Below, piece after piece: positions 36,816 through 46,246 of a stretch of 64,000 bases of DNA. A program made the position numbers and the translations under genes. The stretch is from an uncultured Oscillospiraceae bacterium. Its GTDB lineage: Bacteria > Bacillota > Clostridia > Oscillospirales > QAMX01. How positions within the stretch are numbered: the stretch's first letter is position 1; every line of letters begins with the position of its first letter. The notes under the pieces were generated by a model. The model did not search any database, had not been told where the DNA came from, and saw only the letters and a list, made by a program, of their open reading frames with translations. Location of the stretch: positions 18,796 through 82,795 of the forward strand of contig CAZEUG010000006.1 in the NCBI GenBank assembly GCA_964515055.1. The letters run 5' to 3'.

Positions 36816-37295
36816 TCAGTTCTGCTTCCGGATTTTATTTTTGAAGACAAAATATTTCTGAGCGAAATAGCTGAGGAGGAACGTGGCCAGATCGGTCATA
36901 ACCTTTGCGATCAGAGCCGGAATGTTGCACCGTTCATGGAACAGATGCAGCACAAAGTTGCCGATGACGGCGACCAGCAGCGCCACCAGCATATACTTGG
37001 CCATACGGCGAATCAGGTGGCCGTCCGACGGCTGATGAAAGACCAGGTAGTTATTGAAGTAGAAGTTTTCGACCGAGCTGACCATGCGCGCCAGCGAATA
37101 CGCGATATTGACATCCGTCAGCGTCAGTGCGCCAATCCACGGCAGCGACAGCACCCAGCCGTCCTCCATACCGTGCCGGTGCAGCAGGGTCAGCGCCAGT
37201 AGATAAATCAGGTAATCCAGCAGCGTGGCCAGCAGCGAAGATGCCGTGTACGCTGCGGTTTCACGGAATTTGGTCAAATGGCGAAGGCATTTCAT
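36816..37295 (-). CDS. GtrA-family membrane protein
   Basis: Four TM helices and an FYFNNYLVFHQ-type GtrA motif. Divergent from a GT2 gene. Start uncertain (ATG 37295 chosen). Confidence 0.6.
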   Translation of the reverse strand: MKCLRHLTKFRETAAYTASSLLATLLDYLIYLLALTLLHRHGMEDGWVLSLPWIGALTLTDVNIAYSLARMVSSVENFYFNNYLVFHQPSDGHLIRRMAKYMLVALLVAVIGNFVLHLFHERCNIPALIAKVMTDLATFLLSYFAQKYFVFKNKIRKQN

Positions 37296-37356
37296 GAAAT
37301 GGATCCGGCTCCTCTGAAAGTGAATCTTTTCTCTGTCAAAAATGCGGAGGTTCTTT

Positions 37357-38403
37357 ATGGAATATTGTGCAGTCATTCCCTCTTATCGACCGGATGCACG
37401 GCTGATCGAGACGATTCAGTCGCTCCGTGCCGTTGGATTCGCGCACATTTTTGTTGTCAACGACGGTTCCGGCGCTGACTATGATGCTTATTTTGAGCAG
37501 GCCGCAACGCAGTCCGGCGTTGTCCTGCTGCGTCACGCCATCAACATGGGCAAAGGACGCGCCATGAAAACCGGATTCTGTGCGGTTTTGGAGCAGCAGC
37601 CCGGCTGTCCTGCCGTCGTGGTGGACGGAGACGGGCAGCATCCCGCTCCGGCTGCGATGCAGGCCGTCAAGCTGGCTGCCGCGCATCCGGACGCTCTGAT
37701 CCTCGGCTGTCGGCGCTTTTTGCGTCAGAAATCCATGCCGCTGCCGAATCTGATCGGGAACCTGTTGACGAGGGCCGCCTTTTTCCTGCTGACCGGCATT
37801 GCATTTTCCGACACGCAGTGCGGGCTCCGCGCCTATCCGCCAGCCGTCATGCGGCGAATCTGCGAGGTCAGCGGCGAACGGTTTGAGCTGGAAAACAACA
37901 CGCTGCTGGCGGTGCGCCGTCAGCGCATCCCCGTTGTCGAATTTGCCATGGAGGTCGTCTATGCGCCGAAGGGCTCCTACGTCACGACGTTCCGCAAGGC
38001 GGCCGACTCCGCGAGGATTGCCCGCGCGCTGCTCGACTTCGCCTGCATCCCGCTCCTGTTGGGTCTGTTATCCGCCCTTGCAGCCTTCTGTTTCCTTCCA
38101 GCGCAGCCGCGCCCGTCGGAGGCCGGTTGGATCACTGCGCTTACCCTGTTGGTCGGGAAGCTGCTGTTGATTCCCGGTGCCCGTCGAAAGGGAGCTGTTG
38201 CCGGATATGCCGTTGGGATTTCTGCCGCATACGGTTGGATCATAGCCACTCTGCTCCATTGGACCGGCTGGCATTTTTCCGCAGCGTTCAGTGTTCTTCT
38301 GGTGCCGTTTGCGCTGATTTCGTTTGCCTGTTATCGTCTGGCGGCCTATGGTCGGGCGCCGAAACGTCTTGTCCTGCCAGAATCGCCGCATTCCGGCGAA
38401 TGA
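37357..38403 (+). CDS. Family 2 glycosyltransferase with C-terminal membrane domain
   Basis: MEYCAVIPSYRP...VVNDGS...VVDGDGQHP. GGAGG lies 6 nt before ATG 37357. C-terminal TM helices. Confidence 0.8.
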   Translation: MEYCAVIPSYRPDARLIETIQSLRAVGFAHIFVVNDGSGADYDAYFEQAATQSGVVLLRHAINMGKGRAMKTGFCAVLEQQPGCPAVVVDGDGQHPAPAAMQAVKLAAAHPDALILGCRRFLRQKSMPLPNLIGNLLTRAAFFLLTGIAFSDTQCGLRAYPPAVMRRICEVSGERFELENNTLLAVRRQRIPVVEFAMEVVYAPKGSYVTTFRKAADSARIARALLDFACIPLLLGLLSALAAFCFLPAQPRPSEAGWITALTLLVGKLLLIPGARRKGAVAGYAVGISAAYGWIIATLLHWTGWHFSAAFSVLLVPFALISFACYRLAAYGRAPKRLVLPESPHSGE

Positions 38404-39145
38404 CGGCACCGCCCCGCCAGATGAATGCGCGGTCGGCGTACAGTCGTTCAATGGCGCGGTTGGACAGATTTTTCAGGCTTTCATAATCAAAATCGTTGAT
38501 CAGCTCCTCGCAAAATGCGGGGAGCTTTGTTTTTTGTACCTCTTTGTTGGCCGGGCACACCGTCTGACAGAGGTCACAGCCCCACGCCGTATGATAGCGG
38601 CGCATCATCGCCTGTTCCTCTTCCGTCAGGGTGCCGCGGCGCTGTGTGATTTCGGACAAACACGTCGGCGCAGCCGGGCAGGCGCGTCTGCAGGCACCGC
38701 AGCCGCAGCATGGCTCTGGCGCACGAAGCGTGACAGTTTCGCCGGGGAAATCGCCACACAACTCCCCCAAAAACACGAAGCTGCCATAGGGCTTGGTCAG
38801 CAGCAGGCCATTTTGACCCAATTGCCCCAAACCGGCGGCGGACGCCAGCGCCGTCTCGCGAAAGGGCGATGTATCCGCAAAGGTACCGCACAGTTCCGTA
38901 TGAGCCGCAGCTGCGGCATCTGCAAACAGACGGCGCAGCACGAGATGGTAATCCCGCCCGCGGGCATAGAGCGAGACAGACCCCTCCGTCTGACCAGCGT
39001 AATACGGAACGGCAGCCAGAATCAGGGTACTGCCGGGCGGCTGCATTTTTCCGGGCAATACATACGGTGCGGCATCCTCCATGCGGATGACGGCCGTCAG
39101 GGCTCCGGCGGTTTCCCGGAGCCAGTCACAAATATGCTGGGTCAT
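38288..39145 (-). CDS. queG: Epoxyqueuosine reductase (short form)
   Basis: GLGQLGQNGLLLT, CGCGACRRACP and GCDLCQTVCPANK 4Fe-4S motifs, and C-terminal WRGGAVIRRNAAIL. ATGA overlap with the upstream S-component gene. Confidence 0.75.
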   Translation of the reverse strand: MTQHICDWLRETAGALTAVIRMEDAAPYVLPGKMQPPGSTLILAAVPYYAGQTEGSVSLYARGRDYHLVLRRLFADAAAAAHTELCGTFADTSPFRETALASAAGLGQLGQNGLLLTKPYGSFVFLGELCGDFPGETVTLRAPEPCCGCGACRRACPAAPTCLSEITQRRGTLTEEEQAMMRRYHTAWGCDLCQTVCPANKEVQKTKLPAFCEELINDFDYESLKNLSNRAIERLYADRAFIWRGGAVIRRNAAILAGQDVSAPDHRPPDDNRQTKSAQTAPEEH

Positions 39146-39690
39146 TTTTTTCGGCTCACCATCAGGATATCAAAGACGTGTGTTTTTTCAAGGCGCGACC
39201 ATGTAAACCAGAGCAGACCCGCATAGAGCGGAATGCTGACCAGGCGGAACGGCAGCTTGGCCAGCAGCATTCCCCAGAAGGAGAGTTCATAGAATTCATG
39301 CAGGATGTAGCTGTTGGCAAACAGGTCGCAGCACACCGTGACGGCTGCAACGGCAATCAGTGTGCGGACGAATGAAACGCGCTTTCCGTGCAGCAGAAAC
39401 CCGTAGATCATGCCGCGCAAGGCGCAGTTCAGTGTGACCGGCAGGAACAGACTCAGGCCGCCGCTGTTGACGAGCATACCGAGCAGGTCACCTGCCATGC
39501 AGTTGACCGCGGCGATCACCGGCCCCATCAGGAGCCCGCTCAGCGCATGAGACAGGAATTGGAGGCTATAGCGGTCATAGCCGAAAATCTCAATCCGCAA
39601 AAAGCGGGTAAAAATAATATCCAGCGCGATCAGAAGTGCTGAAAACGCCAAAATTCTGGTGCTTTTATACAGGATTCTCTTGTTTTGCAT
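39142..39690 (-). CDS. ECF-transporter S component (FolT/queuosine-precursor type)
   Basis: 182 aa, about six TM helices. Translationally coupled to queG, 28 nt downstream of ruvB. No ECF A/T genes in the window. Confidence 0.6.
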   Translation of the reverse strand: MQNKRILYKSTRILAFSALLIALDIIFTRFLRIEIFGYDRYSLQFLSHALSGLLMGPVIAAVNCMAGDLLGMLVNSGGLSLFLPVTLNCALRGMIYGFLLHGKRVSFVRTLIAVAAVTVCCDLFANSYILHEFYELSFWGMLLAKLPFRLVSIPLYAGLLWFTWSRLEKTHVFDILMVSRKK

Positions 39691-39718
39691 GGTTTAATCG
39701 TTCCTCTGTCCGGCAAAT

Positions 39719-40783
39719 TCATTCCTCATCCAGCTGCAACTGTTCCGACGGTGCTGGTGTAGCATTCGGCATTGGCAATCCAAGGTGGCGATAGGCCGTA
39801 GGCGTTGCACAGCGACCGCGTGGCGTCCGGTTGAGAAAGCCGATTTGCATGAGGTAGGGTTCATAAACATCTTCGATGGTGGCGGCATCCTCCCCGATGG
39901 TCGCCGCCAATGTTTCCAGGCCGACCGGCCCGCCCGCATAATGCTCAATCACGCCGCGCAGCATTCGCCGATCCAGCGTGTCGAGGCCGAGCTCATCGAT
40001 TTCCAGGGTATTGAGTGCCATATCGGCGACAGCGCGGGTGATGACGCCCTGGGCACGAATCTGCGCAAAATCGCGGACGCGGCGCAGGAGTCGGTTGGCA
40101 ATTCGCGGCGTTCCGCGGGAGCGCTTTGCAATTTCGAGCGCGCCGTTGTCTTCAATGTCAATTTGCAGAATGGAAGCACTGCGTCGGACGATCTGAGCCA
40201 GTTCCTCCGGCGTATAGAGTTCGAGGCGCATAATCACGCCGAAGCGGTCGCGCAGCGGTGCGCTCAGGCGACCCGCTCTCGTTGTGGCACCGATCAGCGT
40301 AAACTTCGGCAGAGAAATCCGCAGGGATTCGGCGCCCATGCCCTTCCCCATGATAATATCGAAGGCAAAATCTTCCATGGCGGGGTACAGGACTTCTTCC
40401 ACAGCGGGATTCAAGCGATGAATTTCATCGACGAACAGGATGTCATTTTCATTGAGCTTGGAGAGAATGGTGGCCAGATCTTTTGCTTTTTCAATGGCCG
40501 GGCCGCTTGTTACGCGCAGAGAAACGCCCATTTCATTGGCGATGACACCGGCCAGCGTCGTTTTGCCCAGTCCGGGAGGGCCGTACAACAGGCAGTGATC
40601 CATCGGTTCACCGCGCAGCTTGGCTGCGCGAATATAGACGTTGAGCAGTTCCTTGGCCTTGCTTTGACCCAGATAGTCGTCCAGCGTTCGCGGTCGAAGC
40701 GCATTTTCGACCGCGCTCTCTCCGGTCACAGCCGTTGGCGTCAGAATTCTGTTTTCGCTGTCGTCTGAAAATGTCAGCGCCAT
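39719..40783 (-). CDS. ruvB: Holliday junction branch-migration helicase RuvB
   Basis: [12 protein letters not shown], Walker [16 protein letters not shown], and sensor motifs. Confidence 0.97.
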   Translation of the reverse strand: MALTFSDDSENRILTPTAVTGESAVENALRPRTLDDYLGQSKAKELLNVYIRAAKLRGEPMDHCLLYGPPGLGKTTLAGVIANEMGVSLRVTSGPAIEKAKDLATILSKLNENDILFVDEIHRLNPAVEEVLYPAMEDFAFDIIMGKGMGAESLRISLPKFTLIGATTRAGRLSAPLRDRFGVIMRLELYTPEELAQIVRRSASILQIDIEDNGALEIAKRSRGTPRIANRLLRRVRDFAQIRAQGVITRAVADMALNTLEIDELGLDTLDRRMLRGVIEHYAGGPVGLETLAATIGEDAATIEDVYEPYLMQIGFLNRTPRGRCATPTAYRHLGLPMPNATPAPSEQLQLDEE

Positions 40784-40826
40784 GGTTCAACGTTCCCCTT
40801 TCGAGCCAGAGCCCCGTTTGAATGCT

Positions 40827-41429
40827 TCAGGCATTCTTCAGCGCCTGGCGGATGATTTCTTCTGTCGATAAGCCCTGTCCCTCCACGCTGTTGACGGCTT
40901 TCACGGCCTCCGGGCGCGTATAGCCCAGGACGACCAGCGCAGAGACAGCGGATTCGCGGCTGCTGTTTTGCAGCACCGGCTCATTGCCGTCTGTATCCGC
41001 TGCCAGCTGTTCCAGCTCATTGCCCATGGTCTTTGCAATTTTATCCCGCAGCTCCAGCAGAATTCGCTGTGCGAGCTTTTTGCCGACGCCCTGAGCGAGG
41101 GTCAGCATTTTTTCATCGCCGTTCAGAATGCCGACGGCAAAGCGATCCGGCGTGGTCACAGACAGAATGGCCATGGCCGCTTTCGGCCCGACGCCGGAAA
41201 TATCAATCAGCATCAGGAAGCTGTTTTTTTCCTTGAGATCGAGGAAGCCGTATAGTTCGACGACGTCCTCCCGCATATAGACGTGGGTGAACAGACGCAC
41301 CTTTTCTCCGATGCGGAGGCGCGTCAGTGTATTGGTGGAGACAGTCAGCTCATATCCGACGCCGCCGCAGTCGAGCACGGCACCGTTTGTCAGGAGGCAG
41401 GCCACCGGCCCTTCCAGATAATAAAACAC
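40827..41429 (-). CDS. ruvA: Holliday junction DNA-binding protein RuvA
   Basis: MFYYLEGPV..., HhH region ISGVGPKAAMAIL, GVGKKLAQRILLEL, and a C-terminal domain III. Confidence 0.95.
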   Translation of the reverse strand: MFYYLEGPVACLLTNGAVLDCGGVGYELTVSTNTLTRLRIGEKVRLFTHVYMREDVVELYGFLDLKEKNSFLMLIDISGVGPKAAMAILSVTTPDRFAVGILNGDEKMLTLAQGVGKKLAQRILLELRDKIAKTMGNELEQLAADTDGNEPVLQNSSRESAVSALVVLGYTRPEAVKAVNSVEGQGLSTEEIIRQALKNA

Positions 41430-41452
41430 AGTGAGGTTCTCCTTTCGATTGT

Positions 41453-41941
41453 TCAGATGCGTTTTCGCGCAAGCGGAGACGACCCGTTCAGTGTCAGCGC
41501 CAGCGCCAGCGCATCTGCCGCATCGTCCGGCTTTGGCACCTCCGGCAGTCGAAGGCGCAGGCGGGTCATTTCCATCATTTGCTTTTTCGTGGCCTGACCG
41601 TATCCGGTCAGCGCCATTTTGACCTGCAGCGGCGTGTATTCAAAAATCTCGACACCATGCTCCCGCAGCGCCAACAGAATCACGCCCCGCGCCTCAGCCA
41701 CCTGAATCACCGTCGTCTGGTTATGCTGGTAAAACAGCTGCTCCACGGCGGCGGCGTGCGGCTTGAAATGGTCCAGCAGCTGGTTCATATCGCGATAGAT
41801 GACAGACAGCCTGTCCGGCAGCGACATTCCGGCTTCCGTGGTGATGACACCGTGGCCGATCGGACTCGGCACGCCCTTCATGGACGAAATCACGCCGTAC
41901 CCGATGATCCCGTAGCCCGGGTCGATTCCCAGTAGAATCAA
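41453..41941 (-). CDS. ruvC: Crossover junction endodeoxyribonuclease RuvC
   Basis: (M)ILLGIDPGYGIIGYGVI... I chose TTG 41941, which lies about 7 nt after GGGAGGG. ATG 41989 sits only 12 nt from the -10 box and has no RBS. Confidence 0.85.
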   Translation of the reverse strand: MILLGIDPGYGIIGYGVISSMKGVPSPIGHGVITTEAGMSLPDRLSVIYRDMNQLLDHFKPHAAAVEQLFYQHNQTTVIQVAEARGVILLALREHGVEIFEYTPLQVKMALTGYGQATKKQMMEMTRLRLRLPEVPKPDDAADALALALTLNGSSPLARKRI

Positions 41942-42000
41942 GGCAGTCCCTCCCTCTTTCTTTGCATCCTGTCGCTTCAAAAACCGCATGGAACAAGCAT

Positions 42001-42029
42001 ATTATAGCATAAATCCGTCATGGACGCAA
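42001..42029 (-). promoter_or_regulatory. Promoter of ruvCAB
   Basis: Minus strand reads TTGCGT (42029-42024), 17 nt, TATAAT (42006-42001). Confidence 0.6.
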
Positions 42030-42053
42030 GCCGCCGAATCCTGCAATTTCCGC

Positions 42054-42082
42054 TTGACACCGACACGGTTCTGGTATATAAT
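42054..42082 (+). promoter_or_regulatory. Consensus promoter of the MBL/DUF3006 operon
   Basis: TTGACA (42054-42059), 17 nt, TATAAT (42077-42082). Confidence 0.7.
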
Positions 42083-42144
42083 TGAATGGGTGTCTTACGG
42101 CCTGTTTTCAGGTTTGAATAAGAACCGGATTTGTGAGGAGATTT

Positions 42145-43071
42145 ATGAAGCATCGTTTGATTTTGCTGTTCATTCTGCTTTCTGTGTGCTGTGCCGCGCT
42201 TTTTTCGGGTTGTTCGATTCTGGCCGAGCTGGAGCTGGATCCAGATGTTCTGGCCGAGATTTTCAATGCGCGCCCGGACACCTTTTCGGAGACGGCTCCC
42301 CTGCTGAATGTCTACGTCATCGACTGCGGACAGGGCGACGCCATTCTGCTGCTTCTGCCGGACGGAACCACCATGCTGGTTGACGGCAGCACGCAGGCGG
42401 AAGCGGAAAAAGTGCTTGATTTTCTGAAACAGGCCGACATCAAGCGGCTGGACTATGTCGTGGCCACGCACCCGCATGAGGATCACATCGGCGGGCTGGA
42501 CGACTGCATCAACCGCTACGAAGTCGGTGCAGTCTATATGCCGGAGGCAACGGCCACGACCCGTGCGTTTGAAAATCTGCTGACGGCGATTGAAAAGCAG
42601 AATCTGTCGATTACGGTGCCGGAGCCCGGCTCCTATCTGATTGGCAGCGCGGACAGTTCGTTTTCTGTTCAGTGTCTCGCCCCAAATCAGGAGCAGTATC
42701 CCGACACGAACAACTACTCCATTGTCCTGCGGGTTGTATACGGGTCGCGTGCCCTTCTCCTGACCGGTGACGCCGAAACCGTGAGTGAAAAAGAAATGCT
42801 GCAGGCGGGCTTTGAGCTTTCTGCCGATGTGCTGAAGCTCGGGCATCATGGCTCCTCCACATCTTCCTCTGAGGATTTTCTGCGGGCTGTCGACCCGGAG
42901 TACGCGATTGCATCCTGTGGTGTGGACAACAGCTATGGCCATCCGCACCGGGAGACGCGCACACTGTTGCAGCAGCTCAACATTGCATTTTTCCGCACAG
43001 ACACGGACGGAACGGTCTGGATTGCCACGGATGGGCAGGAGCTGACCGTTCAGGCCGTCGGAAAATCTTAG
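42145..43071 (+). CDS. ComEC-related MBL-fold metallo-hydrolase lipoprotein
   Basis: Lipobox LFSGC, VIDCGQGDAILL, ATHPHEDHIGG, and LKLGHHGS. Confidence 0.8.
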   Translation: MKHRLILLFILLSVCCAALFSGCSILAELELDPDVLAEIFNARPDTFSETAPLLNVYVIDCGQGDAILLLLPDGTTMLVDGSTQAEAEKVLDFLKQADIKRLDYVVATHPHEDHIGGLDDCINRYEVGAVYMPEATATTRAFENLLTAIEKQNLSITVPEPGSYLIGSADSSFSVQCLAPNQEQYPDTNNYSIVLRVVYGSRALLLTGDAETVSEKEMLQAGFELSADVLKLGHHGSSTSSSEDFLRAVDPEYAIASCGVDNSYGHPHRETRTLLQQLNIAFFRTDTDGTVWIATDGQELTVQAVGKS

Positions 43072-43086
43072 AAAAGAGGCAGAAAT

Positions 43087-43305
43087 ATGATTGTTCTCGA
43101 CCGTTTTGAAGGAGATCAGGCTGTTTTGGAGACGGATGACGGTGTTCATTCCGTCCCGCGGGATTGCGTTTCGGCCGATGCCGTGGAAGGCGATGTGCTG
43201 ACGTTGCAGGCAGACGGGCGCTACGTCCCGGATGCAGAGGCCACTGCAAACCGCAGGCAGCAGCTTCAGGCCAGATTTCAGCGCCTGATTCGCCGCAATC
43301 GCTGA
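43087..43305 (+). CDS. DUF3006 domain protein
   Basis: MIVLDRFEGDQAVLETDDG...EGDVL. Typical small partner gene following ComEC-like MBL hydrolases. Confidence 0.7.
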   Translation: MIVLDRFEGDQAVLETDDGVHSVPRDCVSADAVEGDVLTLQADGRYVPDAEATANRRQQLQARFQRLIRRNR

Positions 43306-43345
43306 CCGTTCCCGGATGGGTTGGAAGACAGAGGAGGTTTTTTCT

Positions 43346-44509
43346 GTGAACAGTTTGAAGCTCTGGATGATTACCATCGGTCTGCTCGCATTGCTTTTGG
43401 GGCTCTGGTATTTTTCCGACATTCTGATGATGTTTGTCATTTCCGCTGCGGTTGCGTTTTTGCTCTCCCCCGCTGTCAATTATTTGCAGCGGAAGTTCAA
43501 AACCAATCGACGCGTGTATCCGACGATCATTGTGTTTTTATGTGCCATCGCCGTCATTGTAGCTCTGATTGCGCTGCTGGTGCCGGTGCTCTACTCGCAG
43601 ATTGTCTCGGTCGTCAAGAATATCGGTCAGTACGCCTCCACTATCACAGAGTTTCTGGATCATGTTGCGGAATACACCGTCAGCCTCGGTCTGCCGCAGC
43701 TGATTCTGGATGTAACGGTCAAGCTGACCAGCACCTTCGAGAACTTCATTGTCAATCTGGTGGCCAACCTCGGCACCTCGCTTCTGGAGCAGTCCACCAA
43801 GGCGCTGGATGTTGTCATTTTTCTCTGTCTGACGTTTTACTTCATGCTGGACGGTCGGAACATCTACCAGGCCTTTGTGGGGCTGTTTTCGCAAAACGGC
43901 CAGGTGCGCATTCACCGGATTGCGCAGGAGCTGAAGATTCTGGTCTGGAATTATCTGAAGCAGCACATTGTGATTTCTGCGGGTATGTTTCTCGTTGCAT
44001 GGATCGGATTCATCTGTTTCGGTCTGGAGTACGCCCTGCTGCTCGCGTTGATCACGTTTTTTCTGGATTTCATCCCCTATATCGGCTCCATCATTGCGGG
44101 GCTCGTTGCTGTGGCCTCGGCCTTTATCACCGGTGGCGTTTCGCTGGCATTCTGGGTGCTTGTGTTTGTCATTGTCCTTCAACAGATCGAAGGGAATGTC
44201 ATCATGCCGAAGTTCCAGGCGAAGTGCGTGGATGTTCACCCGATGGTCATCATCTTTTCCCTGCTCGCCTGCAACCAGCTGTGGGGGATTTTCGGTATGT
44301 TTATTTCCGTGCCTGTGGCCGGTCTGGTCAAGGTGCTGTTGATTGAGCTCCGCGATCTGTACCGTTCGATCGATCGCCCCGGCGGTTTCGGAAGTGCGGA
44401 CGAAGAGGAGCAGCTGGTTCCATTGATTCAGCCGTCGCCATCTGGGAAAGAAAAGGCGCACACGCTGCTGGACAAACTGGCGGAGCGACTGCACAGAAAA
44501 AAATCGTAA
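43346..44509 (+). CDS. AI-2E family (PerM/YhhT) transporter
   Basis: Polytopic membrane protein with the AI-2E pattern. GTG 43346 lies 8 nt after AGAGGAGG. Alternative ATG 43316 has no RBS. Confidence 0.75.
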   Translation: MNSLKLWMITIGLLALLLGLWYFSDILMMFVISAAVAFLLSPAVNYLQRKFKTNRRVYPTIIVFLCAIAVIVALIALLVPVLYSQIVSVVKNIGQYASTITEFLDHVAEYTVSLGLPQLILDVTVKLTSTFENFIVNLVANLGTSLLEQSTKALDVVIFLCLTFYFMLDGRNIYQAFVGLFSQNGQVRIHRIAQELKILVWNYLKQHIVISAGMFLVAWIGFICFGLEYALLLALITFFLDFIPYIGSIIAGLVAVASAFITGGVSLAFWVLVFVIVLQQIEGNVIMPKFQAKCVDVHPMVIIFSLLACNQLWGIFGMFISVPVAGLVKVLLIELRDLYRSIDRPGGFGSADEEEQLVPLIQPSPSGKEKAHTLLDKLAERLHRKKS

Positions 44510-44554
44510 ATTCATTTTTATGAATATATTTTTTATTTGAAAGGATCATCTCTT

Positions 44555-45319
44555 ATGAAAATCTTCATCAGTGCAACGGAATCGGAAAACGGGCGCAGAG
44601 CCGCCGTAGATGTTGCCGCGCAATTGAACGAAGCCATTGCCGCCCGCGGTTCGGCGCGTCTTCTGCTCTCGACCGGCGCTTCGCAGTTTGCTTTTTTTGA
44701 ACATCTCATCGAGCAGGATGTGGACTGGTCCCGCGTGGATATGTTCCATCTGGACGAATACATCAACCTCCCGATCACGCATCCGGCCAGCTTCCGCAAA
44801 TACCTGTTTGAACGGTTCACCAGCCGTGTGCCGCTCCGCAGCGTCCATTTCGTGGAAGCAGAGGGTGACATTCCGGCGCTGCTGGCCTCGCTCAATGCCG
44901 AAATCAAGCGGGAACCCATTGACGTCGGTCTGATTGGCATCGGCGAAAACGGCCACATCGCCTTCAACGATCCGCCGGCAGATTTCAAGACGATGGATCC
45001 GTACATTGTTGTAGATTTGAATGATACCTGCAAGCAGCAGCAGGTGCGTGAAGGCTGGTTCCCAACGCCGGACGATGTCCCGGCGCAGGCGATTTCCATG
45101 TCCTGCCATCAGATTATGATGTGCCGCTCTGTGGTGTCGGTCGTTCCGCGTGCTGTCAAGGCGGATGCCATTCGCAAGACGTTCGAATCGGCCGTTTCAC
45201 CCATGGTTCCGGCCACCCTGTTGAAAATGCATCCGAACTGGTCGCTGTATCTGGAAACAGCTTCCGCTGTCGGGCTGGATCGTGAAGAGCTGGCCGAGTG
45301 GATTCTGGAACAGGAATAA
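44555..45319 (+). CDS. nagB: Glucosamine-6-phosphate deaminase
   Basis: LSTGASQFAFFEHL, HLDEY, and GIGENGHIAFNDP. Confidence 0.85.
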   Translation: MKIFISATESENGRRAAVDVAAQLNEAIAARGSARLLLSTGASQFAFFEHLIEQDVDWSRVDMFHLDEYINLPITHPASFRKYLFERFTSRVPLRSVHFVEAEGDIPALLASLNAEIKREPIDVGLIGIGENGHIAFNDPPADFKTMDPYIVVDLNDTCKQQQVREGWFPTPDDVPAQAISMSCHQIMMCRSVVSVVPRAVKADAIRKTFESAVSPMVPATLLKMHPNWSLYLETASAVGLDREELAEWILEQE

Positions 45320-45412
45320 GCAACCATTCGGTTGGATTGGGCTGCCCCGGTTTGTGCAGGCTGTGCAAATCGGGGCAGTCCGAACACTTTTGATGAAGGG
45401 AGGTGTTAATTG

Positions 45413-46192
45413 ATGGGGCTTTTTTCTTCTGATCACAGGCGCAAAAAAAAGGTTGTCGCTTTTGTCGATTTTGAACACTGGTTTTACTCTATGCAAAATC
45501 TGCACAACACGCGGCCAAATATCGTGGAATGGTATGATCTGCTATCGGAACACGGTCAGGTGACCGACTGTATCTTTTTTGCGGATTTCTCACAGCCGGG
45601 TATTCGGAGTGAGCTCGGAAAGATTCGCATGATCTCCAACAAAATTATTGAAACCAAAAATCCGAATCCAAAGCACGAGAAGGATTATACCGACTTTATC
45701 ATGCTCGACAACATTTATCAGCGCGCGATTCGAAAAGAGCAGGACGACATCTTTGTCATTTTTTCCGGGGACGGACATTTCAGCTCCGCAGTTTCTTTTT
45801 TAAAGCATTCCTGCTCCAGAGAGGTCGGGATTTACGGCGTCAGCGGTGCAACCAGCCGTCTGCTCAAGGATGCCGCAGACTGGTATGTGGAGCTGCCGGA
45901 AATTCATTCCAGGCGGCATCAGCTTTTTGAGCAGATCTTTTCGGCCATTCAGCGCATCGAAAGCTGCAAGATTGGCTATGTCACGTTTGCCTCGACAGTC
46001 AGTCACGTTTCAACCTGTTCGGACTTTTCGCCGGAAGAGGTCGAGCACGCACTGCAAACGCTTGTAGAGGCCGGATTTATCCGTCTGGAATCACACAGCT
46101 TCAACCTCGGCAACCGCGTCAAAACAATTTCTGTCGATTGGGGAAAGGTCAGAGCCGCCGGATACCGGCCGGGGCGCACTCTCACCTCCTGA
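45413..46192 (+). CDS. NYN (LabA-like) domain protein with a C-terminal winged-helix/LOTUS-like region
   Basis: VAFVDFEHW..., DYTDFIMLD and FSGDGHF motifs of NYN/LabA nucleases. GGGAGGTG lies 7 nt before the ATG. Visibly lower GC than its neighbours. Confidence 0.65.
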   Translation: MGLFSSDHRRKKKVVAFVDFEHWFYSMQNLHNTRPNIVEWYDLLSEHGQVTDCIFFADFSQPGIRSELGKIRMISNKIIETKNPNPKHEKDYTDFIMLDNIYQRAIRKEQDDIFVIFSGDGHFSSAVSFLKHSCSREVGIYGVSGATSRLLKDAADWYVELPEIHSRRHQLFEQIFSAIQRIESCKIGYVTFASTVSHVSTCSDFSPEEVEHALQTLVEAGFIRLESHSFNLGNRVKTISVDWGKVRAAGYRPGRTLTS

Positions 46193-46246
46193 TGGGTTTT
46201 GACCGCTGTATCACGATTTCTACTGTTTTGGAAAGGATCTGTTTTC

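Noticed and set aside
41977-43479. 500-aa minus-strand ORF spanning the ruvC/MBL promoter region, the MBL hydrolase and the DUF3006 gene.
   Set aside because: It crosses two mapped promoters and an intergenic region, and its sequence is Arg-rich and low in information. The plus-strand genes carry clear MBL and DUF3006 signatures.
43321-44346. 341-aa ORF in an alternative plus-strand frame inside the AI-2E transporter gene.
   Set aside because: It is Arg/Cys/Gly-rich nonsense, whereas the in-frame product has a clear polytopic membrane-protein pattern.
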